Shown in pieces: positions 49,521-63,690 of a DNA stretch of 64,000 nucleotides (its first letter is position 1; each line of letters starts with the position of its first letter). Position numbers and translations under genes: made by a program. The DNA comes from Scyliorhinus canicula (Eukaryota). Below the pieces are notes generated by a model. It was not told the DNA's origin. It saw only the letters and a program-made list of their open reading frames with translations, and made no database searches. The stretch lies in contig NW_024055446.1 of assembly GCF_902713615.1 (NCBI RefSeq), positions 1 to 64,000 of the forward strand, given 5' to 3'.

Positions 49521-52070
49521 TTTCTGTCGATGTATGGGTGCACCAAAACCTGCAAGTTCCCTTCCAAGACACTCACCATCCTGATTTAGGAATACACCGC
49601 CATTCCTTCACTGTCGCCGAGTCAAAATTCTGCAACTCCCTCCCTGACAATATCGCGGATATCCCTCCGCAACATGGACTGCAATTATTCAAGGATGTTT
49701 CACATCTAAACTTTCCGGGGGGACACTTCGGCATATATAATAAATGCTGGCCTTCCCAGCGCCTCCAAAATCCTAGGATAGGATTAAAAATAAAATGCAA
49801 AGGGATTTCTCCGCGGCACTGACCCATTAAATAGATCAAGAATTACAATAGCACGGAATGTAACCCAGTAAATCTCTCTTTGCGTTGCCTAATCGAAAAT
49901 TCCCAAGACCAATATATTGCGGCTTAAAAATCAACCAAATCTCCTTCGCCAGCCTGTCTGGCGTCGCTGAATTCTTTCTGTCACAATCTGGATGAGGAAT
50001 CACCTTTCTGAGTCGCCTTGTCAAACATCAAGTAAAATTTTCACATTTCTCACAGATACAAGATTTATTGAAGGACTTGATCAAATTGCACTCCCTGAAA
50101 TACTGGAAAATGAAGTAGAAGATTTACAACCATTCAGGAAGATTCCTGGTCCCAGCACAGTGACCGCTCGCACAGAAACTGAACAGACACACATGGCAAC
50201 AATCGAGTTCCAGCAGATAGATCTGTTCAATCTGTCAGTTTCATGAAACTGTTTGATTCTAATTGATCAGTGGTCAACTTCCGACAACAATAATTCAGTA
50301 ATTTATTTGAAATTAAACTGACATTAATTTCAATATCATATTCGACTTTTAACTATTTTTTCCTGTCTGTCTCAAATCTCGATAATTGGGCAAAAAGTAG
50401 TTTTGCTGAAAATGAGCAGATTAAATATTACAGATTCAGGGCAGATTAATGACGTAACAGAGACTCAGTGACAGGGCAATAATTAAACAAACCAGGAAAT
50501 ATTCACATTACCCACTGATATGATCTAAAATCACAATTAAATGTAATCAGCAAAAGAATCAGAGCAAAAGAATGTAATCAGCAAAAGAGTTTAGCTGTAC
50601 ACAGCAGTGTAAAGAAATGTATTGTTTCCGAAATTCATTTCAGATATTATTAAAGTTCTCTAAAACATTTGAGATATTGCCAGGATACAACTCAATTGTA
50701 GGTCATTTATGTTGAATTAATTCTCACTGATATTGTATTGTAAGTTATTGTTAATTGTCAGCTAATTCTTTATTCGATTACGTGTACTATAATAATAAAT
50801 ATGATAAAAATAGCTTTCAATAATCCCTAACTTGTTTTACCCAGAGCTTTATGAAATAATTGGGGTTTAATTAAAACAAGCTGACAATCAAACAATGTTG
50901 AGCAATAAACTCCAAATTACTAGATGGAAACATCTTAACATTTAATTGACTGTATTCACATTTTAATTTTTTTTACTCCAATTGCCCTATTCGACCTACA
51001 AATGTGCAAAATATGCGCCTTTCTGAACGCATTGATAAATCATAAACTCCATCTATTCTCAGAAAGTAATGAATATAACGAGACCAGCTCAGTAATGTTT
51101 ATTCAAATCATTTGTAAAACTGACACATTATGAGCAAGTAGCGTCGACAATTTGATGTTGAATTTAGCATTTAATAAAATTTAAGCCTAAAGCTAAGATA
51201 TAATCATTCTTTCTTTCCTATCATCTGTTCTTCCTATAATTCTATCGTGTGTAGAGCACAGCTATGGGAGACAGGATGTCATTATAAAATGCAAAGGTAC
51301 TGTTAACCTTTTGTAAATAAATAAATCGGTTTGACATTCAAGCTTTTACTTTTCAATCTCTTGCCATATACAATCTGAACTTTCCTATAATACAAATAAA
51401 ATCATGGGAACAATTCCTTGATTGGCAGCAACTTCCACATCTCAGAAAACTGTTTCAGGTTAGATTAATGATAATTACCTCGCTATCCAACTACGCATTA
51501 CAGTGAAGGTATAATATGGTTGCAGCAGCACTGAAATAATAGAATAACTGGAATTACAAAGTATTTCCAGCCTAGAAACCTGTCCGGTCATGTTAACCTT
51601 GTCCAGAACACAGCAGGATTGTAAAAGGTGATTAATGATGAATTATATTATATATAACCTTTGGTTAATATGGAGTTGTATCACCGCATTGCAATTGTTT
51701 GAATTATATAAATGTTACTATGTTCGGCATGGGCGTTTCAGTCATTATTTCGTTTAATCTGGAATCTTCAGTTAAAATTACAAAATGCATCAACATATCT
51801 TTATTATATTATTTTCTTAAATATGGCTGTTTTCTCCGTACAATCGCCCTTTAAGCATTTTCAAACGCCGAGACTGTTTGCATTCAACCAGAAAACGTGT
51901 AACCGCTCAGTGTCACCGAGTTTAAACAATGCAGAAACAATGAAGAAACGCTAAACCTTTTGACAGATCTGAATCATTTAAAGTCATCCAGATACACAAT
52001 CTCCTCAACAGAACAAAACACTAAATCACATCAATGAAACCCGTTTATGGAGGAGCAACTCAACTACGAA

Positions 52071-52143
52071 GGGGAATTAGCTCAAATGGTAGAGCGCTCG
52101 CTTAGCATGCGAGAGGTAGTGGGATCAATGCCCGCATTCTCTA
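52071..52143 (+). tRNA. tRNA-Ala(AGC)-derived copy, probably a non-functional retrocopy
   Basis: GGGGAATTAGCTCAAATGGTAGAGCGCTCGCTTAGCATGCGAGAGG...; anticodon AGC at 52104-06 and G3:U70 retained. T-loop is ATCAATG and G1:T72; fused to a SINE tail. Confidence 0.75.
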
Positions 52144-53385
52144 ATGATGTCTTTGGGTATGTGGGTTTAAGTAGGGTGATCATTGCTCGGCACAACATCG
52201 AGGGCCTGTACTGTTCTGTGTTCTGTAACTCTACATCGAACAGGATCAAACTTAACATTGCAAGAAAATATCAATATCCAGCAAACCAGCTCGTCGCCAA
52301 ATGTATGAATTATTTAACTAAACAGAAATCTGGAATAACAGCAATAGCAATGCGAGGAGCTGGAATATTAACAACAAATAAATATTGAAACTCTACCATA
52401 TTGAGTCATTTTTCAAACACATTTAAATGTATTTAATGTTTGCAGTTGATGGTAAAAGCTGCAACCATCAGATGCCACCGAGATTAAACTTTGCACAAAC
52501 GGCAAACTGATTGCAGCAACACTTGTGCTCGGAAAGGTTTGTCGTAAAACGTGGCTTAGTTTAATCTGCAATTTTCACTTTTTTCACGATGCACTAGCAG
52601 CCTCCCTGTTCTCTGCCTACAATCCAGCGACAAGCAGTTTCAAACACGTAGACTCTTTGTATTAAATTACAAACCGCGTAACCGCTCAGTGTCACTGAGT
52701 TGAAACAATACAGACACGCCAAACCGTTTCACAAACTTTTCTACACAAAGTCACCCAAAAACATTCCTTAACAGGAAAACACCAAATCACATCACCGAAG
52801 GAATGAAACATCATGGAGAAGCAGCTCAATTCTACAAACACTTCCAAAAGAATCACATGTAACATTGCAAGAAAATCTCAATTTAGAATGCACCAAACCC
52901 TCATGTCATCAAATGAATGAACAGGTAAACTAAACAGAAAACCTGAATAATACCATCAGCACTTTCAGTAAGCAGAACATGTTCAATAAGTAATACAGAA
53001 ACTTTAGCACATTTTGTCAATGTTGGGTTCGATCTCAACACTTGTGCGGAAGACGGTACAAACTGCAGACATTAGATAGAACTGAGATTAAACATCATAA
53101 AAACAGTCGTCTTGTATTTAAAGTAACCCAGCCACACAGTATCCTCAGCAAATAAACACCAAAGCACAGCAAACAGGGACTGAATCCCTCAGCAGCATCT
53201 TTCTGTCAAGAAACCGCGGGATTCTGTATCCCCCTTTCAGCAGAATCAAATGAAACATTGCAACAACATCTCAATACATGATCCACCAAAACACATTTCA
53301 GTGAACGAATGGATTTTGAAAATGCAGAAAAATATAAAACAAATACTCAAGTAAAACAGTTGGTAAATGACGGAATGGTTCTTAC

Positions 53386-53472
53386 CTGCAGTCACCGTCA
53401 CCATGGTGCCTTGTCCCCAGTAGTCGAAGTAGTCACAGTGTCACATTCCCTGGGCAGCTCCGTTCAATAACC
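53386..53472 (-). CDS. IGHJ: JH copy 2 (53433-53386, YFDYWGQGTMVTVTA) with 23-RSS
   Basis: GGTTATTGA-23-CACTGTG; GTAAG donor at 53385. Confidence 0.96.
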
Positions 53473-53791
53473 GCACCTGCACAAAATAGACAGAAATCCA
53501 CCATTATTTAAATATTCACAAACCAATGGCAAAGAAAATTCACGAGTAATTTTCAGGAAATTATTAATATTTGTGCATACCGTTCTCTCTTCATAAATGA
53601 CCGAATGTTTTACATTTCACAGACATGGAAATGTTATTGAAAACACCAACTGTGACTAATTAACGACCACCAAATTTCCATATTAATTCTTATTATTTTG
53701 TCAGTGCTGGAAATAAATAATACATCACTGTGAATAAAGTTGGATTGAAAAGGCGAGCACTGAGCCAGCTTCAGTTAATTAGTGCTGAGGG

Positions 53792-53857
53792 GCTTTTTGT
53801 ATTGACAGTAACTGCTGTGCCCCAGTTATCACAGTGAGACACAGCGTGTCAAATACT
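53792..53857 (-). CDS. D2 copy 2 ATAACTGGGG (53829-53820) with 12/12 RSS
   Basis: AGTATTTGA-12-CACTGTG | D | CACAGCA-12-ACAAAAAGC. Confidence 0.9.
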
Positions 53858-54160
53858 GCGGCAGACTGTTAACTGTAAAATACAGAGATTTAATTTCACT
53901 GCTCTCCCAAAAGCTAACTCTGTCTCTTCCAAGAGCGAATGGACGAGTTATTTCAGATTGTCCTGGTCATTAAAGAGGAGCGGAACACTTTTAAACCCTC
54001 TGTGCAGATTTAGCGAGTCGGTCGACAGTGATAAAGTGGAAGATTTTTATACCCTTTTGCAAACTAATATTACTTGCAAACTTTGTTTTATTTAAAATTC
54101 ATTTACATTGACAATCCTGTTGTGGTGCTGATCACCAATTTGAACAAACTCTTTCACTGA

Positions 54161-54241
54161 GGTTTTTGTATGAGGATGTCGCTGTGCACAGCACTGTGAC
54201 CCACTGCTGTAGTCACAGTGACAGACACCCGCACAAAAACT
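54161..54241 (-). CDS. D1 copy 2 ACTACAGCAGTGGGT (54213-54199) with 12/22 RSS
   Basis: AGTTTTTGT-12-CACTGTG | D | CACAGTG-22-ACAAAAACC. Confidence 0.95.
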
Positions 54242-54611
54242 GCACTCACTCTCTGTACAGTCTTACCGCTCAATATTCACTTCAAATACACGTTTACTTC
54301 GGATCTAATTTACAATTGGACAGCAGTTTATCAAACCCAATGTACATACACTTTCTCCAAGAATCAGAAATAATAAAACCAGGATTATAGCCAAGTCTCT
54401 GATTGCTGAAAATGTGAACAGTAAATATAAACAGACAAAAGCTCATCCTATTAGATCGATTAATTTGTTCAGTTTTACTGTTTAATTTACTCTGTGTGAG
54501 TTATGTAAGAAGCAGCGTGTGTTTTGACTCTGATCACTGACATTAATATTACATTTGAATCAAGTACTGACCTTCAGGTTAAGGAGCAAGTTGCTGAATT
54601 CCCTCTCGAGC

Positions 54612-54955
54612 TGTTCTTGTGCGGGTCCAGCCCTGGTTCCTCTCGCTGTGGTCTCTTGCACAGTAATAGATGGCGGTGTCTTCGGTCTTCAGGCTCCTCA
54701 TGGCCAAAGAGAAGATGTTGTTTGAAGTGTCTTTGGACGCAGTGAATCGATCTTTAATGGCTGGGGCGTAGTTGTTGCTGGATGAACTATAGTACCAAAC
54801 CAGCCACTCCAGCCCCTGTCCGGGAACCTGCCGGACCCAGTGCATGTCAGTGGTGCCGAGATCGAAGCCGCTGGTTTTACAGGTCAGTGTCAGGGAGCCT
54901 CCGGGACGCCCGGTCTCTGCCTCTGGCTGAGTCAACACAACATCCGACTGGGCAC
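54612..54955 (-). CDS. IGHV: VH copy 2 (54955-54651), open frame, with 23-RSS CACAGCG-23-ACAAGAACA
   Basis: [10 protein letters not shown]...[14 protein letters not shown]...[12 protein letters not shown]...YYCARD. Confidence 0.97.
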
Positions 54956-55083
54956 CTGTAAAAATATATCAAAAAGCCCGAGGATTAATGCTGGTGAAAT
55001 GATTGGTGACTCTGGAACATTCCAGAGAGAGAATAACACTGAGACAGTAACAGTGAGAGACTTGGACAATAAAAACTACTCAC

Positions 55084-55129
55084 GGGATAAGAAAGTCAGC
55101 AACAAACTGAGAGAAATGGCCCACCTCAT
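55084..55129 (-). CDS. IGHV: Leader exon of VH copy 2
   Basis: Identical 46-nt exon with ATG at 55129 and GT donor. Confidence 0.93.
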
Positions 55130-58100
55130 CCTTCTGGTCATTTGGGGGAAATGGTTGTGTCAGGAACTCAGTGACCAAACCAGCTCCCGGACTGTTGGAT
55201 TCGGGTCCCAGTGAGCGGCATTTAAATACCCGGCAGAAGGGGGCGGCTTTCCAGGCGCCGCCTGTTGATTCCCTGGTGGAGGCGGCGACTGGATCCACGT
55301 CCCACCTTCCACACCCCCAACAGAATGGACCCAGAGATTTACTATAGGGTATTATTAAAAGTGGGCATTTATCTGTATCGGGATATTTATTTGTCTGAAT
55401 AGATTCATTGTAATGTCTCTCCTCGTCCTATTGGTGAAATTATATTTTCGCATCTGTTAATAAAAGTTAATTCCATTGTAAATGCAGTTCCTTTATTATT
55501 CTTCAACATAAGTGGATGAACATAAACAGATTAAGTTATAGTAAGAAGAATAAAGATGTCTGTCTGATTTGTAAACAACTCCGGGTCTCTATCGCTTTTA
55601 AAACAATAACTTATAATTAATCAGCAGAATTGTTCTCGATTTCTGTAACTCAATACGGGGAATGAATAAAGTGATTTTATTTAAAGTGTGCAAGGCTGTT
55701 ATTAAACAATGTAGGTCAGGTCTGGGGACAAGAAGAAACTCCACACATTACACAATGTCTCTCTTTACATTTCTCTAACTGCCCCTGAGCCTCAGACAGT
55801 CCTGTGAACATTAGCGGTTAAAGAAGCCGCTTGCCTGATAATTGAGCAGTGAGTTGACAGAGAAACATTAAATTCACACCAGCTTTTGACAGAGAAGTTA
55901 ATAAATCAGAACGGACGCGGCGATCAGCAAAGTTATCCTTTAGCATCCAAATCATTGCCGCTAATTTTACTGACCAGCGGCTGTCCAACATTCACTGGTG
56001 TTGGGAACACAGGATATCAGGACTTTGCGGCATATTACACAATATCACAGGAATAAATGTTTTATCTTCCACTGAAGCAGGTCATGAACTGGTCATTTCT
56101 CCACTCATTGGCAGCAATGAGAGGGACTGTTAAATAATGGAAATCAGCACAAATTAAACTACATAACACGGTGTTAATCGGATATAAGAGACGACTCAGT
56201 TTAAAGGAGATCACCAACTCTGAGAATATTCCAGGTTTCCCCGCGAGTTCAATATAGTTTATTTACTTTTAATTCCTTTTATTTTATTTTTTGTAATTGG
56301 AGTCATCTTATTGAACTTGTGGATTGGGCCCATCAACACCAATCACTCTCACTTCATTAGGCTCTTAACAAACGGACTTTAATAACTAGAGTGACCTTTA
56401 CTCAGAACTAATATAAATTAAATAGCATCTGGTCAGGTTACTATTTTCCGATTGTGTTTAATCTCATCGTGAACAAAACATTCAGTGAATATATTTCTTT
56501 GCATGGATCACCATTTAAAACGTTTACTTCATGTGCGACTGAAACATTTATTGTTTGAATGGATAAATCCCATTGTGTCCATTCATATTCAGGCTAATCT
56601 GCCCCACACAGTATTTGGCAGCAATCCAGCCGCCTGCAGTCAGGGAGGCTCGAATGTTCAATGTTGTTTACAGGAAGCATCTGGATTTGTTTTTCAAAGA
56701 TCTGTTTGCTCAGTACTGACCGCTTGGCTGCAAGCCAACTTCAAATTCTTAACATTGTCAATGAGGACTATTTATAAACAAATCTACCCAGCAACAGTAC
56801 TGGAGATCATTTTATGTTTTAAATTGCGAATTTATTTGAACTGTTCCCATCTCTAAGGAAAGGAGAGTTATCCAGCTTTTCTAGCCTCTCTTAACAACAC
56901 TAACCGGCTGGAGGATCTCTCCCACACCTCATAACATTGTGATGATGGATAGAAATACAAGCAGACTATCAGACAGGGGATACATTTTGTAAAGATAAAC
57001 ATGTAATTGATGTGTTTTCCCTTTATTCTTCCATGGAATGTGGGACTCACTGGCAAGACCACCATGTGATCCCTGTCCCTAATTGCTGTTGAACTGAGTG
57101 GGCCAGCTCAGAAGGAACTGAAGAGTCAGACATGTTGCTGTCCGACTGGAGCCACATGTAGGTGAGACCAGGGAGGGATGTCAGATTTCCTTCATTGTGA
57201 TGCAGAGGGGATTTCATGGTCACCATTATTATGTATTCCAATTTATTAATTGATATCAAATTCCACTACTGACCAGTGGGATTTGTACCTGAGTCCCCAC
57301 AGGATTAGACTGGGCCTTTGGATTACTGGCACAATAACATGAATGCTACACCACCACATGCCAAAAGATAAAGAGATGACTGCTTTCATGTAGGGATGGA
57401 TGTTGGTTGGATGCCTGAATATTTTGAATGAGGAATCAGTGAATGTGGTTGATGGATGGATGGATAGATGGTCTGAAATATGTTGTTCCACATTCTCAAT
57501 TTTGCGCTTGATAAATTAAAGCAGGTCCTTCATAATTTGTGGATAGCACAATTGCTTCACAGCTCCAGGGTCCCAGGTTCGATTCCGGCTTGGGTCACTG
57601 TCTGCGTGGAGTCTGCACATCCTCCCCGTGTGTGTGGGTTTTCCGGGTGCTCCGGTTTCCTCCCACAGTCCAAAGATGTGCAGGTTAGGTGGATTGACCA
57701 TGATAAATTGCTGTTAGTGTCCAAAATTGCCCTTAGTGTTGGGTGGGGTTACTGGGTTATGGGGATAAGGTGGAGGTGTTGACTTTGGGTAGGGTGCTCT
57801 TTCCAAGAGCCGGTGCAGACTCGATGGGCCGAATGGCCTCCTTCTGCACTGTGAATTCTATGATACTCTATGAATATGATAATTAGTGCCAGACTAATAT
57901 ATTCGGTGGCTGAAGCTTTTCTGGGTGAATTCCATCCCCAGACTATGGGGACCTGACGAGCTGGACGTCACTAAGAGGAAACTGGAGATATTCCTGCGGT
58001 TCTGGAGATTCTTCTCCGCTGATGGCGAATCTTCATCTCAAAGACAGACAGCGGGAACATGATTACATTGAGGAGGGATGGCTGTAATATTGTGTGCATG

Positions 58101-61100
58101 TGGTCATTTCATGTACAAAAGTCACTCCAGATGTCCCGACACAACTTAATGAAGACACCAGACTGAAAACAGAAATCCTGTGAAACTCAGTGGACAGATG
58201 CAGACGTTGAATGGCTTTCCAAAACAGTGTAATAACAAATCGGGATTTAAAGATTCATTAATGTCACATCAGGTATTTTCATTTCTACCGACACTTTAAA
58301 AATCATCTCACCCTCCAGTCTGGCGATTCTGTGTGAGGACGAGGTGATTACTGACCAATACAGCGCAGAGGCTGCTGGGTGGCTGCACTTTATCCTCGGT
58401 GTGGTTTAATTCCATTTCACATTGAATTCTGATGCAGATGTTACTTGTTGGTGACAGAATGGTCAATGCTATCTCAATGAGTTTAATCTCAATAAATAAT
58501 GTTAAACATAGGAATTAGGAGCGGAAGTCGGGAATTAAGCCCTTCGAGCCTGCTCCGCCATTCAATCATCATGGCTGATCTCTCCCTGGTCTCAAATCCA
58601 CCTCCTTTGAATGAATTGCATTTACATTTTGTAAAACCAAATGCGGAAAATAATTGGTGAATGTAACTATTTATGTTGTGAGTTGACATAATTGATTAAT
58701 ATAGTTATTTAACTTTGTGAGTTGTGATAATTGGTAACATTCGCCACGGAAGTGCGAAAGAATGACCATCTCCACCAAAATAGAATCTAACAATCTCTCC
58801 TTGACATTCAGTGATATTGCTATCGTTGAATCCCCAATTATCAATACCCTGGGGTTACCATTGACCAGAAGCTGTCCTGGACTGACCATATAAATGCTGA
58901 GGTGATATGATCCGGTCAGGGTCTAGGAAACCTGTGGCGAGTAAGCCATTCCTGACTCCCAAGGCCTGTTCACCATCTACAAGGCACAAGGCAGGAGTGT
59001 AATTGAAGACTCTCCAGTTGCCTGGCTGGGTGCAGCTCCAACATCATTGAAGAAGCTTGACACCATCCAGGTCAAAGCAGCCCGCTTGATTGTCACCCTA
59101 TGTGCAAACACTCTAATGGGAGACATGGATAGAATGGATGGGCAGGGACTCATCCCCAGGGTGGAGAGGTCTGTCATCAGGAAACATAGGTTTAAGATCC
59201 GTGGGGCAACGTTTAGAGGAGATGTGCGAGGCAAGGTTCTATCCACCACCGACGAACAATGACAATAATGTACCATCCACAAGGTGCACCACAGAAACCA
59301 ATTAAGTCTCCTTCGAAATGCCTTCTAAACCCAGGCCCATTAACTTCTAGAAGGAAAGGGCAGCTGTCACATGGGAAGATCACCACCTGGAAATTGCCCT
59401 CCAAATCACTCACTATCCTGAATTGGAAATATATCGCAGAACCTTTGGTGTCGCTGGTTCAAATGACTAGAACTCCCTCCCTAACAGCACCGTCGGTGTA
59501 CTGACACCAGAGTGACTGCGGAGGTTCAAATAGATAGCACACCACCACTTTGTGAAAGACAATTAGCGATGGTCAATAAATCATGGCCGAGCTAGCGATA
59601 CCCGCACCATATAACTTAATTTCAAACTGTACTAATTTTTGTGAAACGACGGTAATTGGTGAATTCAATTATTAATATTCATCATTGAATGAAGATTGAT
59701 GAATATAATTACTGTGTTTCTGAACATTTGTGGCCTGCTCCTTCTCTGATGGAAGATGTAAACCATCCCACAGGTGATTGAAGATGCAAAATCATAACCA
59801 ATATCTGAAAACAAAGTGGACAGAGGAAACTGCAGCAACTATTGACCTATCTCATTCATAGCAGCACTGGAAAGGCCTTTGCTAGCTTCACACTTTAAAC
59901 ACTTCATCTGCTTGCAGGCTGAATGTAGCTGGATGCAAGGTGCGGTGTTTGTGTCGCAAGATTTACTCTGGGCGTGATCTGTTCCCTATACCACAAGTCT
60001 ACCTCTTCACCTTGCTTTCATCAATCTCAATAAACATTCGGCACCGTCAGCAGAGCAGGGACTATAAGATTTGTGGAAAATTGGCTGTCTGCTAAAGCTC
60101 CCCTGTCTCATTCGCTGCTTCCATGGCAAAATGCACTGCATTGTACAGATTGACGATTCCACTTCCGACAGATTCTAAGTGAATAATTGAGTGAAAGAGG
60201 ACCGTGTCATTGACCCAACTCTATTCGGGAGCTTTCTCTTCAAGCTGCTGATCTTTGTCTTCCCTAAAGATATGGATGAAATCCACTAGCACACTCGGTC
60301 AGGCTGCAACCTTTCAGTCATCAAAACAGAGACATAATCACAATGCATCCGCATCAGAGAATTCCTCCATGCTGAAAATTCGGTCATCCAAACAAAACAT
60401 CATCCACAGAGACTCATGGACTCTGTCCCCAATGCCTGTAACTTGTTCTTCCTTGCCATAAGCATGAGGAAAACAGTGATCGTGGACAAGGTGTTGCACT
60501 TTCTGCCTTGATGTAGAACATGATGCTGACATGGGGAATGCAGGTACTACCTTTGTTTGACTCATTAAAATGTCCATGGAATAACATCAAGCTTTGGAAT
60601 GAGCTAATGGTTTATAAGGCCTAAACTCTCAGAACCTTAGGCCAGCAAGTTAGAACAGTGGCAAGCACAGTTGCTTCATAGCTTCAGGGTCACCTGTTCA
60701 ATTTCCGCCTTGGGTCACTGTGCAGAGTCTGCACATTCTCCCCGTGTCTGCGTGGGTTTCCTCCGGGCGCTCCGGTTTCCTCCCACAGTCCTAAGATGTC
60801 CAGGATAGTTGGATTAGCTATGCTAAATTACCATTAGCATCCAAAAAAGGTCAGATGGGGTTACAGAGATACGGTGGAGATGTGGGGATAGGGTGGAGGT
60901 ACGGGTTAGGTAGGATGCTGTCTCCAAGGGACTTGATGGGCCGAATAGCCTCCTTCTGCACTGTAAATTCTATGATTCTATGAACCTTGTCATATGTCTG
61001 TGAAACAAGGAACACTTGCAGCTGTCAAGAAAAATAGCTCAAAAAATGTCATCTTTGTTGTCCGCAGTGCATTATGGATATTTACTGGCAGGACAAAATC

Positions 61101-62789
61101 AGAAATGCCGCAGTTCTCTCAAAGACAGAGCTTCCAAGTCCCTTCAAAACAATCAAAAAGAGGTGGTTTGCACGGTTCTAGTGTGGTCTCCAAATGGAAG
61201 ATGGTCACATGACCAAGGAATTTTCACTTCGCGAAGCAGCCGGAGCCACGTAGCCAGTGGGGAGCCAGATATTCCACTTCAAGGTTTCTTCTAAGTGTGA
61301 CATAATGTCCCTAAACCTAAATATTGAGCATCGCAATTGGGTGTCACCAGCAGCAAACGGAAAAAATGGCGGCACTGGTGGGCTGGTGTGAGCCACCTGG
61401 ACCAGTGGATTTAGCAGCTTTGACATTGACATAAACCGAGAATATGAAAACCCAGAACGACAATTGGGAGCTTCATGTGCAACACTTGTCTCGAAATCAG
61501 TGGATATTTGTTGGTTATCTATTGGAAATTGAAGGATGCCTGTGACCTGAGTGACATTCAGTTTACACAGCATGGGTGCTTTCGCACACACACACGAAAC
61601 ACAGATATACAGTCTCTCACACATGCATTCTCTCTGTCTTACACGCACACCCACAATTTCCCATTCAACTTAAGATCCCATCTTAACTTCCTTGGAGGCT
61701 TTGGAGACAATGACCCCAACCGTCTTTCAGCTGGTATAATGAACCAACAAATTCGCCCCAACATCATGTACGTTAAGTTGAATGTTAAATTTCCTATGGA
61801 CTCCATACAGGGCCCAGGAAACACTCCTCCATTTAACAAACATGAACAAAAACGCGCGACCAGGGATTGAGCAGCTTTGCTCTGGTGCTGACCTCGCTGC
61901 GCAAGAATTAGCCACCAACACCTGCAATGAGTTAAACCTTAGATTATAGCAGCTCCGCAGAAGGCGATGTGAAAGTACATTTGTGGAAATGAATTATTGA
62001 CCCATCAACATCATGGATCATACCTGCCAACGATATTTTCATAGTAACTGCAATTGCAAAGTCTGGCCAGCAGATGGAATTTAAATCGAGATGCTTTACA
62101 TTACGTGAAGCAGACATTGCCACAATAATTACTTAATTACTCTGTTAATTTTAAATTGGACTCCATCTGTATTTTTGTTAGACTAGACCCTGCCTTTGTT
62201 TATAATACAGGACACTCTGTTTCTATTAGTACTGCACCGGTACATGTCAATGTTTATATCACACAATCACTGTGATCCTATTTTTAATGCAGTTCACCAA
62301 CATCCAGTCCTGAATAGTAATGCACAATTAAACAAATAGCCGGAGCAGGAGCCTCAACAAAATTCCCCTCTTCAATGATGGGGGACCCAAGCACATCAGT
62401 GCAAAAAACAAGACTGAAAGTTCCTGCCAGAGGTGCCGAGAGGATGATCCATCTCGGCCTCCTCCAGTGGTCTGCATCATCATGGATGTCAGTCTTCAGC
62501 AAATTTGATTCCTCCACACGATATCAAGAAACGGCTGACAGCGCTGCAAACGTTATTAGACCTGGCAACATTATATCAACAATTCTGATGATTTGTGTTG
62601 CAGAACTGGCTGGGGCCCCAGAAAACTTGCTCCAGTGCAGGTACAGCACTGGCATGTACCCAACAATGTGTAACATTGGCAAACATGACCCGTCCACATA
62701 GGCAGGATAAATCCAACCAGCCAATTATTTCCCGATCAGTCCGCCTTTGATCCATCAGGAACTTTATAAAAAGTGTCAAGGATCATCCA

Positions 62790-63690
62790 GTAACGTATAG
62801 TGTCCTCGGATAGTGTCCCCGGCCCACGCTTCACCCTTCATCATAAGGTCAGAAGTGAGGATGTTCGCTGATGATTACCCAACGTTCTGCACCACATTCA
62901 ACTCCTCAAATACTGAAGCAGTTTGTCTTCAAGTGCAGCAAGCATTGGACAACATTCCGGCTTGGGCTGGCAAGTGTCAGGCAATGACCATCCCAAAAAT
63001 CTCTTCTAGATTTGAAATTATACCACCGTGATTGAACCCCCCACCATCAATATCCTAGGGATTATAATTTCTCAAAAACTGAACATTTAAAAAATATGGC
63101 TACAAGAGCAGGTCAGTGGCTGGAAATTCTGCAGTGAGTAACTCACCTCGCGACTTCCCAACCCCATCCATCATCTATACGGTAGAAGTCAGGTGTTTGA
63201 CTGAATATTCTCCATTGGTCTTACGTGTGCCCCTTAAGCAACACGTGAGATCTCGACGCCATCCAGGGCAGAGCAGATGGCTCGACGAACACCCCATCCA
63301 CCAACTTCAACATTCTCTCCCTGCATCACGGGTGCACAATTCTAGTAGCTTGAACGACGCACAAGGATCTAATGCAGCAACTGCCTCCTCCTGTAGCACC
63401 TTCCAACACAGGAACTCAGCCGTCTAAAAGGACCAGGCCCGGCAGATGCATTGTAACAGCAGGACCTGCAAGTTACCCACCAGGCCTCACACCATCTTGA
63501 TGGGAACTATGTCTCTGTTCCTTCACTGTCACTGGTCAAAATCCTGGAACTCCCTTCCTGTCAGCTCTGTGGGTGTACGTACTCAGTATGGAGTGCAATT
63601 GGTTCAATAAGAGGGCTCAACACCACATTCTCAAGGAAATGAGGAATTGACAGCAAATGTTGACGTTACTGGCAACTCAAAGATCCCATT
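62790..63690 (+). mobile_element. CR1/L2-clade LINE fragment
   Basis: IRSEVRMFADD RT motif followed by a decayed C-terminus. Confidence 0.7.

Larger units (their letters stand above)
49820..61642 (-). repeat. Right arm of the inverted duplication, with mirrored SINEs (57545-57875, 60655-60985) and LINE fragments (58780-59590, 59690-61600)
   Basis: Collinear reverse complement of 1-11960. Confidence 0.93.

Noticed and set aside
47817-49572. ORFs in the GT/GA-rich tract (up to 223 aa)
   Set aside because: Low-complexity artefacts.
52071-52143. Functional tRNA-Ala gene
   Set aside because: Altered T-loop/B-box, G1:T72, no T4 terminator nearby, fused to a retroposon tail, and absent from the paralogous arm.
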